A stretch of DNA of 64,000 bases. Origin: an uncultured bacterium (GTDB taxonomy: Bacteria > Cyanobacteriota > Vampirovibrionia > Gastranaerophilales > Gastranaerophilaceae). Below the pieces are notes generated by a model. That model saw only the letters and a list, made by a program, of their open reading frames with translations. It had not been told where the DNA came from and ran no database searches. Below, in pieces: positions 45,467 to 54,859 of the stretch (positions are counted from its first letter, which is position 1; every line of letters starts with the position of its first letter). The position numbers were made by a program, and so were the translations under genes. The stretch spans positions 11,325-75,324 of the forward strand of contig CASDXV010000004.1 of assembly GCA_949285255.1 (NCBI GenBank). Direction: 5' to 3'.

Positions 45467-45493
45467 AAGTCGGCAGTTTTTTTTAAAACTTTA
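45467..45493 (-). promoter_or_regulatory. Sigma-28 (FliA/SigD)-type promoter upstream of the 278-aa gene
   Basis: The minus strand reads TAAAGTTT (45493-45486), N11, GCCGACTT (45474-45467). The -35 is exact, the GCCGA core of the -10 is exact, and the spacing is exact. Predicted 5' UTR is about 140 nt. Confidence 0.6.
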
Positions 45494-45583
45494 GAAATAT
45501 ATTAAGAATTGTAAATTAAGGTAATAAATTAAATGTTAATGCAAATAGAACGCAATTGTTGTAAAATTATCACAGAGGGAATT

Positions 45584-46777
45584 ATGGATAAGAAAAAAAC
45601 GATATTTATAGCAATTTTTACCTTAATCGGGTTGGTGCTCACATTTGAACTGGCGTTTATATTTTTTAAGGTTAATTTTAACGAGCAATACGCTGCAAGT
45701 TTTTGCTCGGTAAATAACTTAATAGACTGCGACGGTGTCGCAAAGACCAACTATTCACTGTTTTTAGGCATACCACTTGCACTTTGGGGTATGTTTTACT
45801 ATCTTTTAACGCTATTTTTAAACTTTGTACACATAGTTCAAGATAAGTTTAAAAACACGATTTTTGATGTTTTCAAAAACCCAAAAAGCTATATAGCAAC
45901 ACTTGGACTTATATCCTTTGCGGTTTCAATATGTCTTGCAACAATTTCAATATTTAAAATAAATAAAATCTGTGTCCTTTGCTTTATAACATACTTCATT
46001 GACCTTTTTATAGCACTTGTCGCAAAAAGCAAGGGTAGTTTTTTTATAAAAGACATAAAAAACACCCTGCTTGATTTTATAGACGGTGCAAAAAAATACA
46101 CTCTGCTTACAATACTTGCCGTTATTACATTTATAGCGTTAGTTAGCTACACCAGTATATCAATGGTTTTTTCTCCGCAGCAAAAAATGCAAAAATCTTT
46201 TGATGAATTTATGAAAATGGAGAAAAACGAGTATGCGGTTGAAGGTAATATTCTCGGCAATCCAAATGGCGATAAAATCTATGTATATAGCGACTTTATG
46301 TGCCCATTTTGCAGAATAACAAACATTATGGCAAGTAAGTTTGCCCATGAGGAAAAAAATGTAGAGGTAATACACAAAAACTTCCCCCTTGATTCAACTT
46401 GCAACAAATACGTGCCAAATACAGTGCACCCCGGGGCTTGTGTACTTGCAAAATACGCGCTTGCTGCAGAAAAACAAGGCAAATACTGGGGCATGGCAAA
46501 CCTTATATTTGATGAACACCCTAACAGTGAGGCAGATATTTTATATTTAAGCGAAAAGTTAAATTTAGACATTGCAAAACTTGTTGAAGATGTTAACTCG
46601 CAAGAAATAGAACAAGAACTTTTAAATCAGATAGAAACTGCCCACAATAACGGCATATACGGTACACCAACTATTGTCATTGACGATATTCCATACATTA
46701 GCGCTATGCCGTATTACAAAATAAAACTTCTGTACAAACAAGCACAAAAAAGACACTCTGCAAAGGCTCAAAAATGA
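45584..46777 (+). CDS. VKOR (vitamin K epoxide reductase)-family membrane domain fused to a DsbA/thioredoxin-like domain
   Basis: Loop cysteines CSVNNLIDCDGV and the membrane CXXC (KICVLCF) in the N-terminal half. CPFC (FMCPFCR) in the C-terminal thioredoxin-like half. The ATG at 45584 (MDKKKTIF..., GAGGGA SD) is preferred over 45533. Confidence 0.85.
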   Translation: MDKKKTIFIAIFTLIGLVLTFELAFIFFKVNFNEQYAASFCSVNNLIDCDGVAKTNYSLFLGIPLALWGMFYYLLTLFLNFVHIVQDKFKNTIFDVFKNPKSYIATLGLISFAVSICLATISIFKINKICVLCFITYFIDLFIALVAKSKGSFFIKDIKNTLLDFIDGAKKYTLLTILAVITFIALVSYTSISMVFSPQQKMQKSFDEFMKMEKNEYAVEGNILGNPNGDKIYVYSDFMCPFCRITNIMASKFAHEEKNVEVIHKNFPLDSTCNKYVPNTVHPGACVLAKYALAAEKQGKYWGMANLIFDEHPNSEADILYLSEKLNLDIAKLVEDVNSQEIEQELLNQIETAHNNGIYGTPTIVIDDIPYISAMPYYKIKLLYKQAQKRHSAKAQK

Positions 46778-47328
46778 AAAAAGTCCTCTTGCACGCTTGT
46801 TGTACCATATGCGCCGCATATCCGGTAAGACTTCTAAGAGAAGTAGGGTATGAACCTGTAGTCTACTTTTACAACCCCAACATATACCCTGAAATTGAGC
46901 ATAAAAGAAGACTTCAAGAGCTTATTTTATACTCTGAAAAAGAAAATTTTGAGCTTTATTTTGAAGAACTTAAATCCGACGACTTTGACAAAATTGCAAA
47001 AGGATATGAAAAAGAACCTGAAAAGGGCAAAAGATGTGAAAAATGTTTTTACCTAAGACTTGGTAAAGCCGCGCAAAAAGCCAAAGAACTAAGTATAAAT
47101 TATTTTACAACAACCCTTACAATAAGCCCCCATAAAGTCACAAAGCAAATTTTTGAAGCAGGAAGCAGAGTTTCAAAAGAAACGGGAATTGAATTTTTAC
47201 CTTTTGATTTCAAGAAAAAAGACGGGTTTAAAATTACTCAGCAAATTGCAAAAGAAAACAACATGTACAAACAAATTTACTGCGGTTGCAAATATTCAAT
47301 TAGAGAAGTGAAGCAACAGCTTGATTAA
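46774..47328 (+). CDS. queH: Epoxyqueuosine reductase QueH (DUF208)
   Basis: LLHACCTICAAYPV, KRCEKCF, IYCGCKYS. ATGA overlap with the preceding gene. Confidence 0.85.
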   Translation: MKKVLLHACCTICAAYPVRLLREVGYEPVVYFYNPNIYPEIEHKRRLQELILYSEKENFELYFEELKSDDFDKIAKGYEKEPEKGKRCEKCFYLRLGKAAQKAKELSINYFTTTLTISPHKVTKQIFEAGSRVSKETGIEFLPFDFKKKDGFKITQQIAKENNMYKQIYCGCKYSIREVKQQLD

Positions 47329-47950
47329 TATCATCGCTGTTAAATATGTAACTGCCTGCTACAAGCGAATTTGCGCCAAGATTTTTGCAAATATTTGCGG
47401 TCTTATCATTTATTCCGCCATCAACTTGAATATACAAGTCATCTCGTCTGTATAATCTTGCAAATTCTTTGATATCCGCTATTTTTTGCACGCAATCATG
47501 CATAAACTTTTGACCGCCAAAACCCGGTTCAACCGTCATAATAAGAACTAAGTCCAAATACGGTATAAATTCTCTTATCTCATCAGCACTCGTTAAGGGC
47601 TTTATAGATAAACCCGCCTTAATGCCTGATGATTTTATTTCTTTAATAATATCAAGAGTTAACTCTTTTTGAGATTCATAGTGAAAGGTAATGATATCAG
47701 AACCCGCTTTTATAAAGTCACTAACATATTTTTTTGGCTCACTTATCATAAGATGCACATCAAGTACTAAATTGCAAACCTTACGCAACGACTTAACCAC
47801 AGGAGCACCAATAGTGATATTTGGCACAAAATGCCCATCCATTACATCAATGTGAATCCACTTTGCACCCGCTTCAGCTACGCGCTTTACATCCCGCTCC
47901 AAGTTTGCAAAATCAGCCGATAAAACAGACGGAGATACTATGACTCCCAC
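47300..47950 (-). CDS. rpe: Ribulose-phosphate 3-epimerase
   Basis: SPSVLSADFANL, IHIDVMDGHFVPN, VDGGI. GTG start with an AGGAGG SD. Confidence 0.95.
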   Translation of the reverse strand: MGVIVSPSVLSADFANLERDVKRVAEAGAKWIHIDVMDGHFVPNITIGAPVVKSLRKVCNLVLDVHLMISEPKKYVSDFIKAGSDIITFHYESQKELTLDIIKEIKSSGIKAGLSIKPLTSADEIREFIPYLDLVLIMTVEPGFGGQKFMHDCVQKIADIKEFARLYRRDDLYIQVDGGINDKTANICKNLGANSLVAGSYIFNSDDINQAVASLL

Positions 47951-48675
47951 AAACCCTCCTTTTTTAAATATTCAAGAGCATTTTTTGCAGCCTCCTGCTG
48001 TGCGGATTTTTTTGAAGCACCGCGACCTGTGGCAAGTTTTTTACCGTCAAAATAAACTGCAATTTCAAAAATAGAATTGTGCTCACTGCCTTCTTTTGAA
48101 ACAAGTACGTACTCGGGCAATGTGTGATTTTTTTCCTGAGTATACTCTTGCAATTGCTGTTTAGGGTTAATTTTTTCAATATTGTCTTCAATTTGGCACA
48201 TATCGCAGCTAAAATTAGAAACTATAAAATCTTCGACCTTATCATAACCATCCTTGCCACAAGTTAGATAAATCGCACCTAAAAAAGCTTCAAAAGCGCA
48301 CGCTAAAATTGACTGCTTCATCTCACCGCCGGATTTTCTTTCATTTTTTGAAAGCAGTATAAAATTATTTAATCCGACCTTTGTGGCAAAAGCAGCAAGC
48401 GTTTTATCCGCTACTATTTCACCCCTTAATTTTGATATAATACCCTCCTTATAATCAGGGTATTTTAGGTAAAGATATTTGCTTATAACAAGCTTTAAAA
48501 CAGCGTCCCCTAAAAACTCCAGACGCTCATAAGAACACTCAACGGGAATTTGAACCTCATGAACATATGAGGTATGGCGCATAGCCTTTTCAAACAGGGA
48601 AAAATCATCACTGTTGCCAAATCCAAGCTCGTCTAAAAATTTGCAATATGCAAGTTCTCTATCAGAAGTAGACAT
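47938..48675 (-). CDS. rnc: Ribonuclease III
   Basis: Signature YERLEFLGDAVL. C-terminal dsRBD (GSEHNSIFEIAVYFDGKKLATGRGASKKSAQQEAAKNAL). Confidence 0.95.
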   Translation of the reverse strand: MSTSDRELAYCKFLDELGFGNSDDFSLFEKAMRHTSYVHEVQIPVECSYERLEFLGDAVLKLVISKYLYLKYPDYKEGIISKLRGEIVADKTLAAFATKVGLNNFILLSKNERKSGGEMKQSILACAFEAFLGAIYLTCGKDGYDKVEDFIVSNFSCDMCQIEDNIEKINPKQQLQEYTQEKNHTLPEYVLVSKEGSEHNSIFEIAVYFDGKKLATGRGASKKSAQQEAAKNALEYLKKEGLWES

Positions 48676-49564
48676 TTATTGCACCTTGAAAATATCTGAA
48701 AAATTCATGGAACAAATTATGCCCGTATGCAAAATTAACAAAGAAATAATATGCAACAGGTAAAGCAAATAAATACCCGTCAGTTCTATCCAGTATACCG
48801 CCATGACCTGGAAGAATATTACTTGAATCTTTTACACCCGCATCACGTTTTACAAGCGATTCGGATAAATCGCCAAGTTGTGAAGAAACTGTGATTAAAA
48901 GACCGGCGGTTAGCGCCTGAACAATAGTAAGTTTTGTATAAAATACTCCAAGCCCTGCAACAATAAGCGCGACAAGAGTTGCACCAAGAGCGCCTTCAAT
49001 TGTCTTTTTAGGACTTATAACAGGCGAGAGTTTATGTTTGCCAAATTTAGAACCAAAATAATATCCGCCAATATCGGTTGCAACAACAATTAAAAAGACA
49101 AAAATTACAAGCCACAAACCCTCATTTATGCCGATTTGAAAGGCGTTAATCCTATCTGAACTAATTTGTCTTATTAAAAGCAAATGGCAAGGCAGCCAGC
49201 CTGAGTACAGAAAACCAAGCACAGTTGTTGCAACATTTACAATATATGGCTGACGTCCCATAAAAAGAACCATAAGAAACGACGCCATAACCGCAAGAGA
49301 AATCATAGAGGGCAAAAGGTCAAATCTTCTAAAAAATATTAAAAGTGCAAAAGCAAAATCAGTAAGCAATATTAAAGACAGACTCGGGTGAAACCCTTTT
49401 GTTCTGAGGATTTTTACATACTCAATAGAACCTAAAAAGATTACAACCAAAAGAAAACCTAATATAGGCAAACCACCCATAAAAAGACATACAAGAGCTA
49501 CAAGAGAAATAATAACCCCTGTAATTACTCTCATTATTTTATTTTGCTTTTGTGTCTCATCCAC
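48662..49564 (-). CDS. cdsA: Phosphatidate cytidylyltransferase
   Basis: SLVKRDAGVKDSSNILPGHGGILDRTD; polytopic. The track start is a GTG; an ATG at 49534 is the alternative. Confidence 0.9.
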   Translation of the reverse strand: MDETQKQNKIMRVITGVIISLVALVCLFMGGLPILGFLLVVIFLGSIEYVKILRTKGFHPSLSLILLTDFAFALLIFFRRFDLLPSMISLAVMASFLMVLFMGRQPYIVNVATTVLGFLYSGWLPCHLLLIRQISSDRINAFQIGINEGLWLVIFVFLIVVATDIGGYYFGSKFGKHKLSPVISPKKTIEGALGATLVALIVAGLGVFYTKLTIVQALTAGLLITVSSQLGDLSESLVKRDAGVKDSSNILPGHGGILDRTDGYLFALPVAYYFFVNFAYGHNLFHEFFRYFQGAINVYF

Positions 49565-50124
49565 TATACTGTTAAAACCTCTTTTTCTTTTTCCGCCACT
49601 ATTTCATCAACTGTTGAAATGTATTTATCAGTTAGTTTTTGAACTTCTGCCTGAGCGTCTTTAACGGCATCTTCAGGCATATTTTCTGACTTTTCAAGCT
49701 TTTTAACGTCATCTGTCATATCGCGACGAACATTTCTTATTGCAACTTTAGCGTTTTCACCCATTGCTTTAACGTCTTTTGAGAGCTGCTTTCTTCTATC
49801 CTCAGTCAAAGGCGGGAAAGAAAGTCTTACAACTATACCGTCTGAGTTCGGTGTTATGCCTAATTCAGCTTTAGCAATAGCTTTTTCAATCTCTTTAACA
49901 ATTGTTTTATCAAAAGGAGTTATAACAAGCGTAGTACCTTCAGATACGCTTACTTGAGCCATTTGACGAAGCGGAGTGGGTGCTCCGTAGTAATCTACCA
50001 TAACTTTATCAAGAATAAGCGGATTAGCTCTGCCCGTTCTTACTGTTGCCAATTCCTTTTTTAATTGAGCAACACATTTTTCCATTTTTTCCTTGCCTGA
50101 ATTTTTAATTTCGTCAACTGACAT
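49564..50124 (-). CDS. frr: Ribosome recycling factor
   Basis: 186 aa. RTGRANPLILDKVMVDYYGAPTPLRQMAQV ... LTEDRRKQLSKDVK. AGGAGA SD. Confidence 0.96.
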   Translation of the reverse strand: MSVDEIKNSGKEKMEKCVAQLKKELATVRTGRANPLILDKVMVDYYGAPTPLRQMAQVSVSEGTTLVITPFDKTIVKEIEKAIAKAELGITPNSDGIVVRLSFPPLTEDRRKQLSKDVKAMGENAKVAIRNVRRDMTDDVKKLEKSENMPEDAVKDAQAEVQKLTDKYISTVDEIVAEKEKEVLTV

Positions 50125-50126
50125 TT

Positions 50127-50849
50127 TTATTCTCCTACATATGTTCCTATATTTTCATTATTTAAGATTTTTATAATACTGTCTTTTTGTGCAAAATCAA
50201 ATACAAAAATGGGTATATTATTTTGCTTGCACAAAGAACAAGAAGTTAAGTCCATAACTTTTAAGTTGTTCATAATAATATCATCGTATTTAATTTTGTC
50301 ATATTTTTTAGCATCAGGGTTAATTCTCGGGTCATCCGAGTATACGCCGTCAACACCGTTTTTAGCCATTAACATAGCTTCTGCGCCAATCTCTACTGCT
50401 CTTAGAGCTGCAGCGGTATCTGTTGTAAAGAAAGGATTGCCTGTACCTGCTGCAAAAATAACCACTCTGCCTTTTTCAAGGTGTCTTATTGCCTTAAATC
50501 TTATATAGGGTTCTGCGATTTTATGAATATCAAGGGCAGATTGAACTCTGCAGGGGACACCTATTTTTCTTAATTCGCTTTGAAGAGCTATAGCGTTCAT
50601 AACAGTAGCCAGCATGCCGACATAGTCACCTGATGCTTGGTCCATACCGAGCTTTTGAGAGTTTTTCATACCTCGGAAGATGTTACCGCCGCCAACTACT
50701 ATCGCAAGCTGCACACCTTTGTCATGCACCTTTTTAATTTCATTACATATCATCTCGACAGGCTTTGGGTCAATACCAAACTCCTGACTACCTAACAACG
50801 CCTCTCCACTTATCTTAAGGAGTATCTTTTTAAATTTTAATTCTGACAT
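50127..50849 (-). CDS. pyrH: UMP kinase
   Basis: KILLKISGEAL, VVGGGNIFRG, GTGNPFFTTDTAAALRA. Confidence 0.96.
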   Translation of the reverse strand: MSELKFKKILLKISGEALLGSQEFGIDPKPVEMICNEIKKVHDKGVQLAIVVGGGNIFRGMKNSQKLGMDQASGDYVGMLATVMNAIALQSELRKIGVPCRVQSALDIHKIAEPYIRFKAIRHLEKGRVVIFAAGTGNPFFTTDTAAALRAVEIGAEAMLMAKNGVDGVYSDDPRINPDAKKYDKIKYDDIIMNNLKVMDLTSCSLCKQNNIPIFVFDFAQKDSIIKILNNENIGTYVGE

Positions 50850-50917
50850 GATTTAGCCTTACAAAACTAACTTAAATTAATTATACAAGAAAGTCAATCT
50901 GATGTATAATTGTAAAT

Positions 50918-52108
50918 ATGAACCTAGAAACAAAAAACGCTAAAAACCTTATATCTAAAGACTTTAAGGTGTCAAATCAGGCAGCTGTTGATATTGTAAA
51001 TTCTACTGACACTAAAACTTTTGAAACACTTTGCAAAAATTCAGAATATATTTTTGATTTTGTAGCAGATAAGGCAATAAAAAACTTGATAAACACTACC
51101 AATAAAAGCAATTTATCAGCAACTTTTGAATTTGCAAAATTCTATGACCCAAAATTTTCTCAATACATCGAAACCGTATGGCAAAAGTACGCTGATGAGG
51201 ACTTAACAGACGAGATTTTAAATGTTTTTGACTCGGGTACAACCGAGCAAAAAATATATGCCGCAAAATATTTTGAAAAAATAAACGACCCTCTGGCGCT
51301 TGAGTTTTTAAACAAATACGCCTTTAATGAGGATGAACTTTTAAGCTTTGCTTGCGCTTGCACACTTAGAGTATTTGGAGATGAAACATCAAGAAATAAA
51401 GCGCTTGAAATGTTAAAAACTGCTGATGATTTCCAAAAATTCTCGGCTATAAAGTTTTTAATTAACTACGGACTAAAAGATGACCTTGCAGCGGTGATAA
51501 ACGAGCTTAAAAACTCACCCTTTAGCTCAAACATTGCTCAAGAAATTATGTACAAGTATAGTTTTTGCGAACTTGAAAATCTTCTTGCGCCCGATGACAT
51601 TATAGCTCTTTATGATGAAATTATAAGTTCGTATCCCGAGGACATCACTCTTGATACAATCCAAGATTTTAATATTTATGAATTCATAGAAAAAAATATA
51701 AACAATAAAAACTCTTACATACAAAGAGTTCTAACTGATGCAAAGCTGCTTGTAGAACTTGTAGCAAACGAAAACATATATACATACGACTTAAACAAAA
51801 ACGCCCTGTCTGAACTAAAAAATATTGAAAATCTGTTAAAAAACTATAAAATTGACAGTTTGTTAATGTCTGATGAGCTAAAAAAAGAGAAAAAGAGAGC
51901 ACTAAGGGCTATAACAACTCTTATAAATCTAAATTCCAAGGAAAATTTCAAAGAAATAGAAGAACTTTACACAAAAAGCACTGATAGCGAAATACTTTGC
52001 GAGTGTGCAAGGGCTGCAAAATGCCTTAATTGCAAGCTTAATCCTGAAATCGGGCTTGAGAAAATAACTGACACAAATGCAAAAGAGCTTTTTAAAAGCT
52101 ACTTTTAA
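50918..52108 (+). CDS. HEAT/armadillo-like repeat protein (396 aa)
   Basis: Repeated helical units, e.g. EQKIYAAKYFEKINDPLALEFL and ACACTLRVFGDETSRNKALEML. No catalytic motif. Confidence 0.6.
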   Translation: MNLETKNAKNLISKDFKVSNQAAVDIVNSTDTKTFETLCKNSEYIFDFVADKAIKNLINTTNKSNLSATFEFAKFYDPKFSQYIETVWQKYADEDLTDEILNVFDSGTTEQKIYAAKYFEKINDPLALEFLNKYAFNEDELLSFACACTLRVFGDETSRNKALEMLKTADDFQKFSAIKFLINYGLKDDLAAVINELKNSPFSSNIAQEIMYKYSFCELENLLAPDDIIALYDEIISSYPEDITLDTIQDFNIYEFIEKNINNKNSYIQRVLTDAKLLVELVANENIYTYDLNKNALSELKNIENLLKNYKIDSLLMSDELKKEKKRALRAITTLINLNSKENFKEIEELYTKSTDSEILCECARAAKCLNCKLNPEIGLEKITDTNAKELFKSYF

Positions 52109-52983
52109 TCCTCCTGCTCATCCTTTGGAGCACTTTGTGGCACAGGCTCATCAAGTTTTATGTAGTGAGCATCTTCCCATCTTAAATCTATATACTTAAT
52201 TTTTTGTTTAAAATTCTCAGTTTCAGGCAAAATTGTTGCTATCCACTTTGCCCTAACAAGCGCAGTGTCGTTTATTTCACCAAATCTTATAAGCACTTTT
52301 TCAAGCTTAATATAAACATCACTCGGGTTTCTTAAGTCAAGGTATTCAACCTTTTGACCGCTATACGCTTCAAGCGACTTTGTAAGACGCAAAATCTCAT
52401 CAACCCTATCTTTGTTCCATTTTTCATAATCATCACCACGAACACCGTAGGTTATAATTTTATAGGTTTTAAACTTAGGGCTTATGGGCATATATTCTCT
52501 ATCTATAAAGACGCCATCTGTAGTAATAGCTGAAATTGGCTCTGCGTCAATCTTTGGAGTAATAAGAAAAACAGGAACTCTCTCCTCCACAAGTACATTT
52601 AATCTTGCAGGATGCCAAAGTCGCCTGATATAGACCTTTTTAATGGGCTGCAGTTGCATTATATTTTGCTCCATTTCGGTCGTATCAAGCCTAAAAATCT
52701 GAGTGCAAGGAACTTGCACCTGCCTTATTAAATCAATAATTTTATATTTTGGGGTAATAGAATTACCCTCAATTTTAATAACACTTTCATCAGCTGACGC
52801 TAAAAGCGTTCTATCCAGATACCAATCGTGAAGTTTTAGGACTTTTAAGCCAAAAAGAATTATAAGGACAATAAGTACAAGACGCAAAAGCCTGCGAAAA
52901 TTTCTAATCGACATTTTTGTCGAAGCAATTTTTCTTCGCATTTTATTGGCTTTTAGTCGTCTTCTGTAGTATTCCTGTCCCAT
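52105..52983 (-). CDS. ftsQ: FtsQ/DivIB-like cell-division protein (TM + POTRA)
   Basis: TM segment LRLVLIVLIILFGLKVL. POTRA-like IKIEGNSITPKYKIIDLI...MQLQPIKKVYIRRLWHPARLNVLVEERVPVF. Positioned after ddl. Confidence 0.7.
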   Translation of the reverse strand: MGQEYYRRRLKANKMRRKIASTKMSIRNFRRLLRLVLIVLIILFGLKVLKLHDWYLDRTLLASADESVIKIEGNSITPKYKIIDLIRQVQVPCTQIFRLDTTEMEQNIMQLQPIKKVYIRRLWHPARLNVLVEERVPVFLITPKIDAEPISAITTDGVFIDREYMPISPKFKTYKIITYGVRGDDYEKWNKDRVDEILRLTKSLEAYSGQKVEYLDLRNPSDVYIKLEKVLIRFGEINDTALVRAKWIATILPETENFKQKIKYIDLRWEDAHYIKLDEPVPQSAPKDEQED

Positions 52984-53936
52984 TAAAACTCCGAAGTTTT
53001 TAGTATTAATTCAACAAGATTTTTATAATCTATCCCCATACAGTTTGCTTGCGCAGGCAAGTCACTCAAATCCGTCATCCCGGGGTTAGTATTTATCTCA
53101 AGAACATACGGGGTATTATTATACACCAGAAAATCCACCCTTGCTACACCCGAGCATTCGCAGGCACTAAAAGATTTCACCGCAATGTCTTGAATTTCTT
53201 TTGTCATATTATCATCAAAATCAGCAGGCAGGATAAACTTTGTCATACCCTCTGTGTATTTTGCCTCGTAATCATACCATTGAGTTTTTGTTTCAAAGCC
53301 TAAAATTGGAGTAGCAAAAGTTTCAACCTTGCCGTCTTTCATTCTCTGTAAAACACCAACTGTAGCGGATTTTCCCTGATAATACTCTTCAATTAAAATT
53401 TTATTATCGGATTTTTTAGCAAGCAAAAACGCATCTTTAAGTTCTTCAAAGTTGTCAACTTTGCTCATACCAATGCTCGAACCCTCTTTTACAGGTTTTA
53501 CCATTAAAGGATAATCAAGCCCCGAGACAGATTTTTCAAGCTCTTCCATATCTGTCACACAAACAGATGAAATCAAAGGCACACCGCAGGAAGCCAGAAC
53601 ATTTTTTGTAGTTTCTTTGTCCATGCAAATTGCACTTGACTTAACATCACAACCGGTATATTTAATACCCATAATCTCAAGCAGACCTTGAATACAACCG
53701 TCTTCTCCGTATCTGCCATGTAAAACATTAAAGGCAAACTCAAATTCACCGTCACTTAGTGTTTTTGCAACATTTTTATCGACATCAACCATAATAGCAT
53801 TTTTATATCCAAGCTCTAAAAGCGCCTTTTGTACGTTTTTCCCGCTTCTGAGTGAAACTTCGCGCTCTGCTGACATCCCGCCGCACAAAACTGCTATTTT
53901 TGAATTTTTATCTAATCTTTTTTCATTATTTTCCAT
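52983..53936 (-). CDS. ddl: D-alanine--D-alanine ligase
   Basis: VLCGGMSAEREVSL, HGRYGEDGCIQGLLE, LEINTNPGMT. Confidence 0.95.
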   Translation of the reverse strand: MENNEKRLDKNSKIAVLCGGMSAEREVSLRSGKNVQKALLELGYKNAIMVDVDKNVAKTLSDGEFEFAFNVLHGRYGEDGCIQGLLEIMGIKYTGCDVKSSAICMDKETTKNVLASCGVPLISSVCVTDMEELEKSVSGLDYPLMVKPVKEGSSIGMSKVDNFEELKDAFLLAKKSDNKILIEEYYQGKSATVGVLQRMKDGKVETFATPILGFETKTQWYDYEAKYTEGMTKFILPADFDDNMTKEIQDIAVKSFSACECSGVARVDFLVYNNTPYVLEINTNPGMTDLSDLPAQANCMGIDYKNLVELILKTSEF

Positions 53937-54859
53937 TTTTCTTCCTCTGACTCGCTAAATTCTCCAAGCCGAACTATCTCGCATTCAAGTTCAATATTAA
54001 ATTTCTCTCTTACACTATCATACATTTTATAAACTACATTTGTATAGTCATTTGAACTGCAATTGTCATAATTTATAACAAAGTTCCCATGGTTTTCCCA
54101 AACACCTGCACCACCTGACCTATGGCCCTTTAATCCGCACTTATCTATTAGCATGCCTGCACTTAACTTCTCGCCGTCAGGAAGAGTAGGGTTTTTAAAC
54201 ACACTGCCTAAATTTGGCAGGGCAAGCGAGGGCTGAACTTTTTTTCTAAAAGTGGTATTTTCCTCCATTTTTTGTTGAATTAAAGATTTGTCTATCTTTT
54301 CAAGCTCAAATTTTGCGCTTAAAACCACGTATCTTTGGGGATTTTGCTTTACTATAGAGTTTCTGTAGGAAAAATTAAAATCCTCTTTTGTGAAATTTAA
54401 AATCCTATTTTCCTTTGTATCATACACTCTTGCACTTAACAAAAAATCACTTATGCACTGTTCATGCGCTCCTGCGTTCATTGCAACCGCACCGCCTAAT
54501 GTGGCAGGTAAACCTATTAAAAATTCAAACCCGCCAAGTGAGTTTTTAAACGCTTCAACAGAGAGCTTTTGAGCACTTGCACCGGCTTCAACTTCAACTA
54601 TATTTTTTCTAAAGGAAATTTCTGACATTTTTTTAGTTATTACAACAGGCTCTCTAACCCCTAAACTTGAGAGCAATACATTTGAGCCCGCACCTAAAAT
54701 TGCAAGTTTTTGATATTTTTCAAAAAGCGAGCACAGTTGAGCTTCATTTTTTACAAAATACGCAACATCAGCTACTGAGGACATTTTAAGAGTATTAAAG
54801 TTCTTCAGTTCAAAATTTTCATACGATTCAATATTACTTCTATGACACGTACAATCCAT
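53912..54859 (-). CDS. murB: UDP-N-acetylenolpyruvoylglucosamine reductase
   Basis: FAD-binding LGAGSNVL, PATLGGAVAMNAGA, LPNLGSVFKNP. Confidence 0.93.
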   Translation of the reverse strand: MDCTCHRSNIESYENFELKNFNTLKMSSVADVAYFVKNEAQLCSLFEKYQKLAILGAGSNVLLSSLGVREPVVITKKMSEISFRKNIVEVEAGASAQKLSVEAFKNSLGGFEFLIGLPATLGGAVAMNAGAHEQCISDFLLSARVYDTKENRILNFTKEDFNFSYRNSIVKQNPQRYVVLSAKFELEKIDKSLIQQKMEENTTFRKKVQPSLALPNLGSVFKNPTLPDGEKLSAGMLIDKCGLKGHRSGGAGVWENHGNFVINYDNCSSNDYTNVVYKMYDSVREKFNIELECEIVRLGEFSESEEEKWKIMKKD

